This document shows, piece by piece, positions 38,174 to 49,988 of a stretch of 64,000 nucleotides of DNA. Within the stretch, counting starts at the first letter, position 1. The number at the start of each line of letters is the position of its first letter. Below the pieces are notes generated by a model. It worked only from the letters and a program-made list of their open reading frames with translations. It did not search any database and was not told the origin of the DNA. The translations under genes and the position numbers were made by a program. The stretch comes from an uncultured Actinomycetota bacterium (lineage in GTDB: Bacteria; Actinomycetota; Actinomycetes; Actinomycetales; CAVURS01). Location of the stretch: assembly GCA_963834425.1 (NCBI GenBank), contig CAWIBR010000022.1, forward strand, positions 11,759 to 75,758, read 5' to 3'.

Positions 38174-38677
38174 GACCAACCCTCCGCTGCGATCGCTGCG
38201 GACTGCTCGGCCTGGTCGGCCGGCGCGGCGCAGAACCCGTCCGAAGATGAGGCGTCCGGCCAGGACGTTGGCCGGACCGCCAAGCAGCGCAACGATTTTG
38301 GCGAGCGCAGGTGGCAGTCCGGGCAGCAGATCGACGTCTTCCCACCAGGTGACGACACAACGGTTGGCCGTGACCGGGCGGACCTCGATCTCGGCCACCC
38401 CGCCGACGACGCTGCCCTCATGGACGATCCGCACCCGGCCGACACCGTCCGGCTCCCGCGGCGGTTGCCAGCCGACCACCCGCATCAGGTCGTCGAAGCC
38501 GACCGGACCCAACTGGGTGCGCGCAACCAGGGTCGACCCGACGCCGTGGCCGCCCCGCTCGTCGACCCTCATCTGGGTCAGCGGGACCCAGGCCGCGTGC
38601 CGCGGCCAGTCGACGATGAGGTCCCACAGCTCGCCGGCAGGCGCACGAACCTCACGGGTCACCGAGAAGGCGCTCAT
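38170..38677 (-). pseudogene. SRPBCC (START/polyketide-cyclase-like) family protein. There is a probable frame break at ~38219-38224. As written it reads through into tag.
   Basis: The product starts MSAFSVTREVRAPAGELWDLIVDWPRHAAWVPLTQMRV...VTWWEDVDL...RLIFGRVLRRA. The adjacent frame then gives ADQAEQSAAIAAEGWS-stop at 38170, which forms a GTGA overlap with the tag start. Confidence 0.65.
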
Positions 38678-38685
38678 GTCGGTGC

Positions 38686-39039
38686 TCAGCCGGCCGGTGG
38701 TGGGGTGGCGTCGTCCGCCTCGGGCGGGGCCGTGAAGGCGACGGTCTCTGGTCCTCCGCCGTAGAGCTGCTCGCGCAGCTCGCGGATCTCCTCCTCGCGG
38801 GCGCCCAGCTCGAGGCCGAGGCGGTCCAGGACGTCGTCCACCTCATCCATCCGGTAGCCACGAAAGCCCACCGAGAAACGCAGCGCGTCGACGTCCTGAG
38901 TGCCGACAGCTTCGGCGGGCAGCTCCACCTCGGGCCGGGTCGATGTGGGCTCGGGCATCCCCCCGCGCACCCTGCCCGCGGCGATGGCCGCGACGCCGGC
39001 CAGGGCGGCCAGCACGATGAGCAGGTGGATCAACGTCAC
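38686..39039 (-). CDS. DivIVA domain-containing small membrane-anchored protein
   Basis: There is an N-terminal TM segment LIHLLIVLAALAGVAAIAAG, then FSVGFRGYRMDEVDDVLDRL (DivIVA motif). Confidence 0.75.
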   Translation of the reverse strand: MTLIHLLIVLAALAGVAAIAAGRVRGGMPEPTSTRPEVELPAEAVGTQDVDALRFSVGFRGYRMDEVDDVLDRLGLELGAREEEIRELREQLYGGGPETVAFTAPPEADDATPPPAG

Positions 39040-39101
39040 GCGCCGATCGTGCCACGCGACGCCGGCCGGGCGCGTCAGCCGCGTCGTACCTGAGCCGAGG
39101 G

Positions 39102-39335
39102 TCAGCCGGTGGCGTGCTCCTGGGCGTCCGCGGGGAGCAGGCTCGCGGTCAGGACCCGGACCAGGTCCGGGACGTCGTCCTCGAGCAGCCGGATGGTGGC
39201 CAGGCAGCGGTCGTCCTGCCAGATCGAGAGCACGACCCGCCCGTGCTCGGGGTGCGAGCTGACCCGCAGGGCGCGACCGGCGACGTCGCGTCCGAGCAGG
39301 ACGGTGCCGCGGTGCGGGGCCGGGGTGACCGACAT
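39102..39335 (-). CDS. conserved hypothetical small protein
   Basis: 77 aa with high third-position GC, starting MSVTPAPHRGTVLLGRDVAGRALRVSSHPEHGRVVLSIWQDDRCLATIRL. No family is assigned. Confidence 0.55.
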   Translation of the reverse strand: MSVTPAPHRGTVLLGRDVAGRALRVSSHPEHGRVVLSIWQDDRCLATIRLLEDDVPDLVRVLTASLLPADAQEHATG

Positions 39336-39349
39336 GCCTTCAGTGTGCG

Positions 39350-40153
39350 CTACCGGTCGAGCGTGGTCGAGGTGTCCTCGGTCCGGGCGGCGCGGGAGCG
39401 GACGATCCGGCCGACGGCCTCCTCGACGTCGTCGGTCACCGAGATCAGGCTCAGGTCGCGCTCGTTGATCGTGCCGTGGGACAGGGCGACCGAGCGCAGC
39501 CAGTCGATCAGCCCCTGCCAGTAGGTCGAGCCCATCAAGACGATGGGGAACATCGTGACCTTCTGGGTCTGCACCAGGGTCAGGGCCTCGAACAGCTCGT
39601 CGAACGTCCCGAAGCCGCCGGGCAGCACGATGAACCCCTCCGCGTACTTCACGAACATCGTCTTGCGCGCGAAGAAGTAGCGGAAGTTGACGCCCAGGTC
39701 GACGTACGGGTTCAGGCCCTGCTCGAACGGCAGCTCGATGCCGAGGCCGACCGAGACCCCGCCGGCCTCGGTGCAGCCGCGGTTGGCCGACTCCATCGCG
39801 CCCGGCCCGCCGCCGGTGATGACGGCGAAGCCGGCTCGGGCGAGCGCCGCGCCCACCTCCACCCCGAGGTCGTACGACGCGGTGTCCGGTCGGGTGCGCG
39901 CCGAGCCGAAGACGCTGACCGCCGGGCCGAGCTCGGCCAGGGCACCGAACCCCTCGACGAACTCGCTCTGGATCCGCAGCACCCGCCAGGGGTCGGTGTG
40001 CACCCAGTCGCCGGAGCTGCGGTTGTCGAGCAACCGCTGGTCGGTCGTCGTGGACGGGACCATGGCGCCGCGCAGGGTCACCGGCCCGGTGACATGCTCG
40101 AGCTCGGGCTCCTCGCTGGCCGTCTGGCCGTCCGTCTCCGTCATGCCCGCCAC
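39350..40153 (-). CDS. LOG family (TIGR00730) Rossmann-fold nucleotide-binding protein
   Basis: Motifs: VSVFGSARTRP, VITGGGPGAMESANRG, PGGFGTFDELFEALTLVQT. The alternative ATG start at 40144 would leave the hairpin at 40146-40173 upstream. Confidence 0.85.
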   Translation of the reverse strand: MAGMTETDGQTASEEPELEHVTGPVTLRGAMVPSTTTDQRLLDNRSSGDWVHTDPWRVLRIQSEFVEGFGALAELGPAVSVFGSARTRPDTASYDLGVEVGAALARAGFAVITGGGPGAMESANRGCTEAGGVSVGLGIELPFEQGLNPYVDLGVNFRYFFARKTMFVKYAEGFIVLPGGFGTFDELFEALTLVQTQKVTMFPIVLMGSTYWQGLIDWLRSVALSHGTINERDLSLISVTDDVEEAVGRIVRSRAARTEDTSTTLDR

Positions 40154-40173
40154 GCTAGTGACTCCGTGGCGGG
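40146..40173 (-). terminator. 9-bp-stem hairpin (cccgccacg / cgtggcggg) between the TPP-enzyme stop and the LOG gene start
   Basis: Read directly. There is no U-tract, and it overlaps the longer LOG start option. Confidence 0.3.
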
Positions 40174-40180
40174 CTGCGCG

Positions 40181-41896
40181 TCAGTAGCCGCCGGGTGCCC
40201 GCGCGCCGCCGGGCATCTGCTGCACGGGCGACTCCACGGCGCAGGAGCGGACCTCGATCACCCAGGGCCGACCCGAGCGGTCGGCCAGCGCCTGGCCGAA
40301 CGCGCTCCGGAACGCCGCCAGGTCCTCGACCGCGCAGGTCGCCGCACCGAGGGCAGCCGCCGCGTCGGCGTAGCTGACCGGCAGAAAGTCCTGCGACACC
40401 ATCTCGCCGGGGTAGCGAGTCGCCGCTCCCTGCCGGATCCAGCCGAGGGTGCTGTTGTTGAGGATCACCGAGACGGTGCCCGAGCCCATCCGGGCCGCGG
40501 TCTCGACCTCACCCAGGGAGTACGACCAGCCCCCGTCGCCGGCCAGTGAGACCACCCGCGCGGAGCCGGCGCCCCGCGCCGCGGCTACGCCGATCGCGGC
40601 CGGCAGGCTCCAGCCGAGCCCGGCCAGCCCGCGCGGCGCGAAGAACCGGGCCCCGGCCTCTCGCACCGGCCACCGCGTCGCGGCCCAGCCGGAGGACAAG
40701 CTGGCGTCGGCGACGAAGGTGTCCGTCTGCCCCATCTGCGCCGACATGGCACGGACGACGTCCTGGGGTTTGACGACACCGGCGACCGGCTCCTCGTCGT
40801 ACGCCACCGGGCCGTCCCACCACTGCGACCGCAGGTCGGCGATCTCGGCCAAGTCCCAGGTGGTGGCGGCCGGCGCGTCGCGCAGTGCCTCAGTCAGCGC
40901 AGCCGTGCCCAGCCGGGCGTCAGCGTAGACACCGACGGCGGCCGGGAAGCCACGGCCGATCTCGGTCGGGTCGATGTCGATGTGCACGACGGGCACGCCA
41001 GGCCGCGGCAGCTGGTAGCCGAGGGTCGTGCCCTGGCCGGCCTTGGATCCGATGAAGATCACGCAATCAGCTTGGGCGACAACGGAGTTCGCGAGGGGAA
41101 GGCCGAAGGTGCCGACCACGCCGACCGCCAGGTCGTGCCGCTCGTCGATCACGCCCTTGCCGGAGATGGTTGTCGCGACCGGTGAACGCAGGGCCTCTGC
41201 GAGCGCCACGACGGCCGAGTCGGCACCGGCGTACAGGGCGCCGCCGCCGGCAATGACCACCGGGCGAGTGGCGGCCCGGATCGTCGCCGCTGCCGCAGCC
41301 ACCGCCGTCGGGTCGGCGCCGGGCCGCAGGCGCAGGAAGCCGTCGGCCGCCCGTGGCGTCACGGCCGCTCGCTCCGGCACGGGCGCTCCGAACACGTCGT
41401 CCGGGATCTCCAGGACGACCGGCCCGGGCCGACCCGACGTCGCTGCGCGCAGACAGGCCTGCAGCATCGGCACCAGGTTGGCGGGCTGCTCGACCCGGCC
41501 GAGGAACTTCACGCACCCCTCGAGGAACCGGTGCTGCCGGAAGGCCTGCGAGGCCGAGCCGAGGTCGCGGAAGTGCTCCCAGTCGCGCTGGATGTCCGAG
41601 ACGATCGCCAGCACGGGGATCGAGGACGAGTAGGCCTCGACCAGGCCCGAGACCAGGTTGCTCGCGCCCGGCCCGACCGTGGCGTCGCACACTCCGAGCC
41701 GTCCGCTCGCCCGGGCGAAGCCGTCCGCGGCGTACACCGCACTGCGCTCGTCGTGCATCAGCACATGGCTGATCTGGCCGGGCCGGCGGGCGATCCCGTT
41801 GTAGAGCGGCATCGTCTGGCCGCCCGGGCAGCCGAAGACGTGGGTGACGCCGTAGGAGATCAGTTCATCGACCAGCTGTTGCCCGACATGGGTCAT
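40181..41896 (-). CDS. thiamine-diphosphate-binding enzyme (acetolactate-synthase-large-subunit-like family)
   Basis: ATG at 41896 gives MTHVGQQLVDELISYGVTHVFGCPGGQTMPLYNG. The C-terminal TPP motif is SLAGDGGWSYSLGEVETAARMGSGTVSVILNNSTLG. Confidence 0.85.
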   Translation of the reverse strand: MTHVGQQLVDELISYGVTHVFGCPGGQTMPLYNGIARRPGQISHVLMHDERSAVYAADGFARASGRLGVCDATVGPGASNLVSGLVEAYSSSIPVLAIVSDIQRDWEHFRDLGSASQAFRQHRFLEGCVKFLGRVEQPANLVPMLQACLRAATSGRPGPVVLEIPDDVFGAPVPERAAVTPRAADGFLRLRPGADPTAVAAAAATIRAATRPVVIAGGGALYAGADSAVVALAEALRSPVATTISGKGVIDERHDLAVGVVGTFGLPLANSVVAQADCVIFIGSKAGQGTTLGYQLPRPGVPVVHIDIDPTEIGRGFPAAVGVYADARLGTAALTEALRDAPAATTWDLAEIADLRSQWWDGPVAYDEEPVAGVVKPQDVVRAMSAQMGQTDTFVADASLSSGWAATRWPVREAGARFFAPRGLAGLGWSLPAAIGVAAARGAGSARVVSLAGDGGWSYSLGEVETAARMGSGTVSVILNNSTLGWIRQGAATRYPGEMVSQDFLPVSYADAAAALGAATCAVEDLAAFRSAFGQALADRSGRPWVIEVRSCAVESPVQQMPGGARAPGGY

Positions 41897-41952
41897 GGCC
41901 CCGGAGGCTAGCGCAGATGGAATATCGTGCACCAGACCAGGTCAGGCACCAG

Positions 41953-43167
41953 CTAGGTACGGCGGGAGAGGGCCAGGCTGACGACGATGCCGGCGACCAG
42001 GCCCCAGAAGGCGGCGCCGACGCTGAAGATCGTCACCCCGGAGGCCGCCACCAGGAAGGTCACGGCGCCGGCCTCGACCCGGCTCACGCCCGCATCGTCG
42101 ACGCCGAACGCACCGCGCAGGCTGGCCGCGAAGGTCGGCACCAGGGCCAGCCCGGCCGCCGCCAGGACGACCTCGTGCGGGGAGGCGATGACGATCGCCA
42201 CCAGGCCGGCCGAGACCAGCCCCAGTCCGACGTTGAAACCGCCGGAGACCGCGGCCGCCCGCCAGCGCCGCGCCGGGTCCGGACCAGCCTCGGGCCCAGC
42301 CGACAGCGCCGCCGAGATGGCCGCGAAGTTGAGCGCGTGGGCACCGAAGCCGGCTCCCACCACCGTGCTGGCTCCGGTCACGAGCATGGTCGGCCGCACC
42401 GGCGCCCGGTAGCCGAAGCTGGCCAGCACCGCGATGCCCGGGATGTTCTGCGAGGCCATCGTCACGGCGAAGAGCGGCAGCGCGATCGACACCAGCGCCG
42501 CGAGGCTGAACTCCGGCCGGGTCCACTCCAGGTGCGGGGCGAACCGGCCCAGCCCGATCCCCCGCACCGCGCTCGAGGTGAAGGACAGGCCGAAGGCCAC
42601 CAGCATGGCCAGCGGCGCGGCCCAGCGCCGGGCGAACCGGTACGCCGCGAGCCAGACGACCACGACCGGCCCGATGAGCGCCGGCGCATCGGGCAGGGCC
42701 AGGATCGGCGTCAGGCAGAGATGGAAGAGCACGCCGGCCAACATGGCGGAGGCCACCTGCACCGGGATCAGCCCGATCCAGCGGCCCAGCTGGGCCCAGA
42801 CGCCGACGAGCGCCAGGAGCAGGCCACAGACGAGGAACGCGCCGACCGCCGCCGGCCACCCACCGTGCGAGGCGCCGGTCGCCACGAGCAGCGCCGCCCC
42901 CGGAGTGGACCAGGCCACGACGACCGGGATCCGTTGCCAGACGGACAGCAGCAGGGTGCACAGCCCCATCAAGATGGTCACGACCAGCAGCCCCGACGCG
43001 GCCTCTCCCGTCGTGGCGCCGACGGCCCGCAGCCCGGCCAGCACGATGGCGAAGGCTCCGGTGAAACCGACCAGCGAGGTCACGACCCCAGCGGTCACCG
43101 CGTGCAGGAGGTCGCCCGGTGGCCGCGGTGCCGGGGCGGCCGACGCGGCGGACTCGGCGGGCGGCAT
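41953..43167 (-). CDS. benE: BenE-family benzoate/H+ symporter-like membrane transporter
   Basis: 404 aa and highly hydrophobic, with ~12 TM segments. The family call comes from remembered similarity only. Confidence 0.55.
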   Translation of the reverse strand: MPPAESAASAAPAPRPPGDLLHAVTAGVVTSLVGFTGAFAIVLAGLRAVGATTGEAASGLLVVTILMGLCTLLLSVWQRIPVVVAWSTPGAALLVATGASHGGWPAAVGAFLVCGLLLALVGVWAQLGRWIGLIPVQVASAMLAGVLFHLCLTPILALPDAPALIGPVVVVWLAAYRFARRWAAPLAMLVAFGLSFTSSAVRGIGLGRFAPHLEWTRPEFSLAALVSIALPLFAVTMASQNIPGIAVLASFGYRAPVRPTMLVTGASTVVGAGFGAHALNFAAISAALSAGPEAGPDPARRWRAAAVSGGFNVGLGLVSAGLVAIVIASPHEVVLAAAGLALVPTFAASLRGAFGVDDAGVSRVEAGAVTFLVAASGVTIFSVGAAFWGLVAGIVVSLALSRRT

Positions 43168-44249
43168 CAGCTGGTGAGCCAGCCGCGCAGCACCTGCTCA
43201 CAGCGACGGATCTGGTCCACCGGGCAGCGCTCGTCGTCCTTGTGGGCGAGGTTCGGGTCGCCCGGGCCGTAGTTGACCGCGGGCACGCCCAGCGCGCTGA
43301 ACCGGGACACGTCGGTCCACCCGTACTTCGGCAGCGGCGGCTCGCCGACGACGGCCAGAAACGCTTGCGCCGCAGGCTGATCCAGCCCCGGGCGGGCTCC
43401 CGGCGCGGCGTCGGTCAGCACCACGTCGTAGTCCGCGAAGAGGTCGCGCACGTGGCCGAACGCCTCCTCGACGGACCGGCTCGGCGCGAAGCGGTAGTTG
43501 ACGGTGACCACACACAGGTCGGGGATCACGTTGCCCGCGACGCCGCCGCGGATGCCGACGGCGTTGAGGCTCTCGCGATAGACGAGCCCCTCGACCTCGA
43601 CCTCCCGCGGCTGGTACGACGAGAGCCGGGCCAACACCGGAGCCGCCTGGTGGATCGCGTTGCGCCCCAACCAGGCCCGCGCGCTGTGGGCCGTCAGGCC
43701 GTGCGTGCTGACCTCGACCCGCAGGGTGCCGTTGCAGCCGCCCTCGACCGTGCCATTACTCGGCTCGAGCAGCACCGCGAAGTCCGCGTCAAGGACGTCC
43801 GGGCGGTTGCGGGACAGCCGGCCCAACCCGTTGCGCGCGGACTCGACCTCCTCGCCGTCATAGAACACCCAGGTCACGTCGCGGGTCAGATCGTCCGGCC
43901 GGGCCGACAGGTCGGCGGCCAGCCGGAGCTGGACGGCGACGCCACCCTTCATGTCGCAGGTGCCCCGCCCCCAGAGGTCCGGGCCCTCGAACCAGGTCGG
44001 CAGGTTCGGCTCCGCCGCCAGCGGCACCGTGTCGATGTGCCCGGCCAGGACCACCCGCTCGGCCCGATCCAGCGCCGTACGAGCCACGACCGTGTCGCCG
44101 TCGCGGGTCACCTCGAGCCCGGCCAGCTCGCGCAGCGCCCCCTCGACCGCGTCGGCGAGGGGCCCCTCGTTGCCGCTCACGGACTCGATGTCACAGATGG
44201 CCCGGGTCAGGTCGACGACGTCGCCGTTCAGGTCGAGCACAGGTGGCAC
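43167..44249 (-). CDS. dapE: succinyl-diaminopimelate desuccinylase (M20 family)
   Basis: Motifs: VVDLTRAICDIESVSGNEGPLADAVE, LAGHIDTVP, GRGTCDMKGG. It is divergent from dapD. Confidence 0.85.
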   Translation of the reverse strand: MPPVLDLNGDVVDLTRAICDIESVSGNEGPLADAVEGALRELAGLEVTRDGDTVVARTALDRAERVVLAGHIDTVPLAAEPNLPTWFEGPDLWGRGTCDMKGGVAVQLRLAADLSARPDDLTRDVTWVFYDGEEVESARNGLGRLSRNRPDVLDADFAVLLEPSNGTVEGGCNGTLRVEVSTHGLTAHSARAWLGRNAIHQAAPVLARLSSYQPREVEVEGLVYRESLNAVGIRGGVAGNVIPDLCVVTVNYRFAPSRSVEEAFGHVRDLFADYDVVLTDAAPGARPGLDQPAAQAFLAVVGEPPLPKYGWTDVSRFSALGVPAVNYGPGDPNLAHKDDERCPVDQIRRCEQVLRGWLTS

Positions 44250-44328
44250 GCGCCGACCTTATCCACCGATCACGAGCCGCCACCGTTTCCCCACCGGCTG
44301 GACACATCCCGTCACGTAGCCTGGGGGG

Positions 44329-45282
44329 ATGACCGGATCGCGTTCGGCCTGGGGCTATGGCCTGGCCACTGTCACCGATGCCGGTCAGTTCCTCGACACC
44401 TGGTTTCCGGCGCCCGCCCTCGGCAACGCGCCGCAGGACACCGGCGCCTACGGCATCCCGCGCACGCTGGCCTCGCTCGAGGCGACCGACCCCCGCCGCG
44501 CAGTGCGCACCCAGGTCGTGCGCGTCGAGGCCGACCTGGACGAGCCGCCGGCCAAGGTCCCTGATGCCTACCTGCGACTGCACCTGCTCTCGCATCGCCT
44601 GGTGCAACCGCACCAGGTCAACCTGGACGGCATCTTCGGGGTGCTGGTCAACGTGGTCTGGACGAGCGCCGGCCCGTGCGCCAACGAGGACTTCGAGACG
44701 ACCCGGATGCGGTTGCGTGCCGACGGACCGGTCACGGTCTACGGCGTCGACAAGTTCCCGCGGATGGTCGACTACGTCCTGCCGAGCGGGGTCCGGATCG
44801 CCGACGGAAACCGGGTCCGGCTGGGCGCTCACCTGGCCGCCGGTACGACGGTCATGCACGAGGGCTTCGTCAACTACAACGCCGGCACGTTGGGCGTCTC
44901 CATGGTCGAGGGCCGGATCTCGGCCGGTGTCGTCGTCCAGGACGGCTCGGACATCGGCGGTGGCGCATCGATCATGGGCACGCTGTCCGGCGGCGGCACC
45001 GAGGTCATCACGGTCGGGCAGCGCTGCCTGATCGGCGCCAACGCCGGCGTCGGCATCTCCCTGGGCGACGACTGTGTCGTCGAGGCCGGGCTCTACGTCA
45101 CGGCCGGCACCAAGGTCCGCCTGGCCGACAGTGATCTGCGGGATGTCCCGGTCAAGGCCCGCGAGCTGTCTGGCCGGCCGGGGCTGCTCTTCCGCCGCAA
45201 CTCCCTCAGCGGCGCGGTCGAGGCGGTGTCGCGCACCGGCAGCGGTATCGCGCTCAACGAGGCGCTGCATGCCAACGGCTGA
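44329..45282 (+). CDS. dapD: 2,3,4,5-tetrahydropyridine-2,6-dicarboxylate N-succinyltransferase (actinobacterial type)
   Basis: Motifs: [26 protein letters not shown], and a hexapeptide-repeat region [36 protein letters not shown]. Confidence 0.85.
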   Translation: MTGSRSAWGYGLATVTDAGQFLDTWFPAPALGNAPQDTGAYGIPRTLASLEATDPRRAVRTQVVRVEADLDEPPAKVPDAYLRLHLLSHRLVQPHQVNLDGIFGVLVNVVWTSAGPCANEDFETTRMRLRADGPVTVYGVDKFPRMVDYVLPSGVRIADGNRVRLGAHLAAGTTVMHEGFVNYNAGTLGVSMVEGRISAGVVVQDGSDIGGGASIMGTLSGGGTEVITVGQRCLIGANAGVGISLGDDCVVEAGLYVTAGTKVRLADSDLRDVPVKARELSGRPGLLFRRNSLSGAVEAVSRTGSGIALNEALHANG

Positions 45283-46255
45283 CCACGCGCTCGAGTTCAC
45301 CCCCTCCGGCGTGGGCCGCGCTGGCGATGACGGGCCGGCCGAGCCCGCGTCGTACGGCGGGCCGGCCGTCGATCGCCGCCGCAAGCGGCGCCGCACCTTC
45401 ATCGCCGCCGTCCTGGTGATCCTGGTCGCGGCCGGAGGCACCGCCTGGTACGTCGCCCATCGGGTCACCGCACCGATCCTGGGCACCGGCTGTACGGCGG
45501 TCGCCGAGGGCCGCACGGTGACCCTCGACGCCGAGCAGGCGAGCAACGCCGCGGTGATCACAGCCGTTGCGGTGCAACGGAATCTGCCGGCTCGAGCCGC
45601 CACCATCGCCCTCGCGACCGCGTTGCAGGAGTCCAAGCTGCGCAACCTGACCTACGGCGACCGCGACTCGCTCGGCCTCTTCCAGCAGCGGCCCTCGCAG
45701 GGCTGGGGCACCAAGGCCGAGGTCACCGACCCGGTCTACGCCGCCAACGCGTTCTACGACGTGCTGGTCAAGATCGAGGGCTATCGCACGCTGCCCGTGA
45801 CCAAGGCGGCGCAGAAGGTCCAGCGCAGCGCCTTCCCCTCGGCGTACGCCGGTCATGAGGCCGACGCGCGGGTGCTGGCCTCGGCCCTGTCCGGCTACTC
45901 ACCCGCGGCGCTCACCTGCGTCCTGGACGCACCGACCGGCGCGACGGAGAGCGTCGGGGCGAACGGTCTCACACCGCGCGCCAGCGCCGTCGCCAAGGCG
46001 GCCGAGCGCGAGCTGGGCGCGACGGTCACGGCGAGCGGGGCGAAGGGCACCTCGCTCGAGCTGCACCTGCCCTCGAACTCGACGGTGAGCGCCTGGGCGG
46101 TCGCGCAGTGGGCGGTCGCCCGCAGCCAGGCCCTGCAGATCGCCGCCGTCGGCACCGCCGACCACAGCTGGAGTCGCACCGACCACCCGAACCACTGGGT
46201 CGGACCAGGAGTCGCGAACCTGCCCCCCGGCCACGTCGTCGTCCAGGTGTCCTAG
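45269..46255 (+). CDS. conserved membrane-anchored hypothetical protein (possible transglycosylase-like motif [13 protein letters not shown])
   Basis: ATG at 45269 overlaps the dapD end. The TM segment is [19 protein letters not shown], followed by an extracytoplasmic domain. The functional hint is weak. Confidence 0.6.
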   Translation: MPTADHALEFTPSGVGRAGDDGPAEPASYGGPAVDRRRKRRRTFIAAVLVILVAAGGTAWYVAHRVTAPILGTGCTAVAEGRTVTLDAEQASNAAVITAVAVQRNLPARAATIALATALQESKLRNLTYGDRDSLGLFQQRPSQGWGTKAEVTDPVYAANAFYDVLVKIEGYRTLPVTKAAQKVQRSAFPSAYAGHEADARVLASALSGYSPAALTCVLDAPTGATESVGANGLTPRASAVAKAAERELGATVTASGAKGTSLELHLPSNSTVSAWAVAQWAVARSQALQIAAVGTADHSWSRTDHPNHWVGPGVANLPPGHVVVQVS

Positions 46256-46258
46256 CCG

Positions 46259-47582
46259 GTGGGTCGCGTCCCGTGGGACCTGCCCGCCCTCGCGCTGGAT
46301 CCGCCCGGCTTCCTCGTCCGCCGCGCAACCCGTGGGGGCCCGGTCGCCCCGGTGCGGTTGGGCCGGCGCTCGGTCTACGTCGTCGCCGGGCCCGAGCAGG
46401 TGCAGCAGGTGCTGACCCAGCAACACGCCTTCCCGAAGGGGATGGCCCACGACCCATCCGCGCCGGAGCCCGGGCCGCCGCTGGCGCTGGCGCTCGGCAA
46501 CGGGCTGCTGTCCAGCAGCGGCGCGCACCATGCGCGACAGCGCCGGCTGATGCAACCTTCGTTCTCCCACGCCGCGGTCGCGAGCTACGCCGAGCGGATG
46601 CGCGAGGCGGCTGAAGGTCTCGGCTCGTCGTGGTCCGAGGGCGACCGGGTCGACCTGACCGCCGCGCTGTCCGAGGTGACCCTGCACATCCTGACTCGCA
46701 CCGTCTTCGACACGCCGTTGCCGGAGTCCGACATCAGGGCCATCCGCTCGGCCGTGACCCACGGGCAGGCGCTGGCCGGGGTCCGCGGGCTGGTGCGCAC
46801 CCGCAACCGCGAGGGAGTAGCCCGGCTGATGCCGCAGGTGGCGGCGGCGATGGCCCCCGCTCGCGCGGTCATCTCCCGGCTCGCGGCCGAGCGGGCCGGC
46901 GGCGAGCCCCGCGAGGACCTGCTCTCGCTGTTGCAGGCCGCCGTCGATGCCGAGACCGGCGAGCGGATGAGCGCGCAGGACGTCGAGGACGAGGTTCTGA
47001 CGCTGCTCCTGGCCGGCCACGAGACGACGACCAACGCGCTGTCCTGGACCTTCGCCCTGCTGGCCCGTCATCCCCTCGCGGCGTATCGACTGCACGAGGA
47101 GGTGGACGCGGCGTACGCCGAGGGGCGGCGCCCGACCGGTGTCGAGCTCACCGGGCTGCCCTGGACCAGCGCCTGCGTGGATGAGGCGATGCGCCTCTAT
47201 CCCCCGGCCTGGCTGATCCTGCGGCACACCGACCAGCCGGCTCGCATCGGCACCGTGGACGTGCCGGCGGGCTCGACATTGGTCGTGAGTCCCTTTGCCA
47301 CACACCGGATCCCGGCGTTGTGGCCGGATGCCGACCGGTTCGAGCCGGAGCGGTTCGCGCCCGGCGGCGCGGCCCATCCGGCGCGGCGTCGGCCACTGAC
47401 GGCCTACCTGCCGTTCGGCGGCGGACCGAGGCTCTGCATCGGCGAGCACTTCGCCCTGCTGGAGGCCCGGATCGTCCTAGCCGTGATCGCCCGCGACTGG
47501 TTCGTGCACCCGGTCGGGGCGCGCTTCCCGGCGTACAAACCGCGGATCACGTTGGGGCCCAAGGGCGGCCTGACCGCCGTCG

Positions 47583-47596
<14 letters not shown>
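46259..47596 (+). CDS. cytochrome P450
   Basis: I-helix LLLAGHETTTN, ExxR in VDEAMRLYPP, heme loop FGGGPRLCIGEHFA. Confidence 0.9.
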
Positions 47597-48887
<1,291 letters not shown>

Positions 48888-48963
48888 TGGGGGTCTCCCT
48901 GGGGCCGGCGGGGTTGAGCTGTTCGTATGACGCTGTCCTACGGACGTTACCCGCCAGTTACTT

Positions 48964-48977
48964 CGGTTCGCGAACCG
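48964..48977. promoter_or_regulatory. Perfect 14-bp palindrome CGGTTCGCGAACCG in the gltA-divergent intergenic region, a candidate operator
   Basis: Read directly. It lies in a lower-GC spacer, 77 nt upstream of the gltA start. Confidence 0.3.
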
Positions 48978-49064
48978 ACCCCGGCGCTCGTCCTGGGGCA
49001 CTACCGTCCAGTTGTGAGCCAAACTCAAGTGGAGGTCGCGGGGTTCCCGGCCATCGGCACGAAC

Positions 49065-49988
49065 ATGGAGACGAGCACGGTTGTCGTGCAGGCCCCGGGA
49101 CCGGGCGACGGCTACTGGGCCGGCGGCCCGAGCGCGGTCGCGGCCGACGGCGCGATCTACCTGGCCTACCGGTTGCGCCGGCCCGTGGGCGAGGGCCGCG
49201 GCTACGCCAACATCGTCGCCCGCTCGACGGACGGCATCACCTTCGAGCCGCTGGCCACCCTCACGGCCACCGACTTCGGCTGCGACTCCCTGGAGCGCCC
49301 GGCGCTCGTCCGGCGAGCCGACGGCGGCTGGCGGATCTACCTCAGCCTGGCGACGCGGGGCACCAAGCACTGGAGCGTCATCGCGCTCGACGCCGACGAG
49401 ATCGCCGACCTGGCCTCGGCCCGGCGACTCGAGGTGTGGCCCGGCGACCCGCGGACCCTGGCGCCCAAGGACCCGGTCGTCGTCCGTGACGGGGACGACT
49501 GGCACGCGTGGGTCTGCTGCCACCCGCTCGACGATCCGGACGCGACCGACCGGATGACCACTCGCTATGCCACCAGCACCGACGGCCTGGCCTGGACCTG
49601 GGGCCAGGACGCGCTCTCGCCGCGGGCCGGCACCTGGGACTCCCGCGGGGCCCGGCTGACCGCAGTGCTGTCCGGTCCGCGGGGCCTCGCCGACCTCGCG
49701 TTCTACGACGGCCGGGCCAGTGCCGCGCAGAACTGGTACGAACGCACCGGGCTGGCCATCGGCGACGGTCACGGAGGCTTCAGCGCGATCGGCGAGATGC
49801 CGCTCGCCCAGTCGCCGTACGGCGAGCACACCCTGCGCTACATGTCGGCGGTCGAGCTGCCCGAGGGCGGCGTGCGGGTCTATTTCGAGGCCGCGGCCGA
49901 GTCCGGTGGCAACGACCTGCGCACCCAGCTGCTAGATGTCGACCGGCTCAGATCGCTCGCCGTGGGGGCGGCACCCGACGCTGGCTGA
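49065..49988 (+). CDS. hypothetical protein, possibly a beta-propeller / glycosyl-hydrolase-like fold (uncertain)
   Basis: The product contains METSTVVVQAPGPGDGYWAGGPSAV...STDGITFEP...STDGLAWTW, with high third-position GC. The start is uncertain (in-frame GTGs at 49014 and 49029). Confidence 0.55.
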   Translation: METSTVVVQAPGPGDGYWAGGPSAVAADGAIYLAYRLRRPVGEGRGYANIVARSTDGITFEPLATLTATDFGCDSLERPALVRRADGGWRIYLSLATRGTKHWSVIALDADEIADLASARRLEVWPGDPRTLAPKDPVVVRDGDDWHAWVCCHPLDDPDATDRMTTRYATSTDGLAWTWGQDALSPRAGTWDSRGARLTAVLSGPRGLADLAFYDGRASAAQNWYERTGLAIGDGHGGFSAIGEMPLAQSPYGEHTLRYMSAVELPEGGVRVYFEAAAESGGNDLRTQLLDVDRLRSLAVGAAPDAG

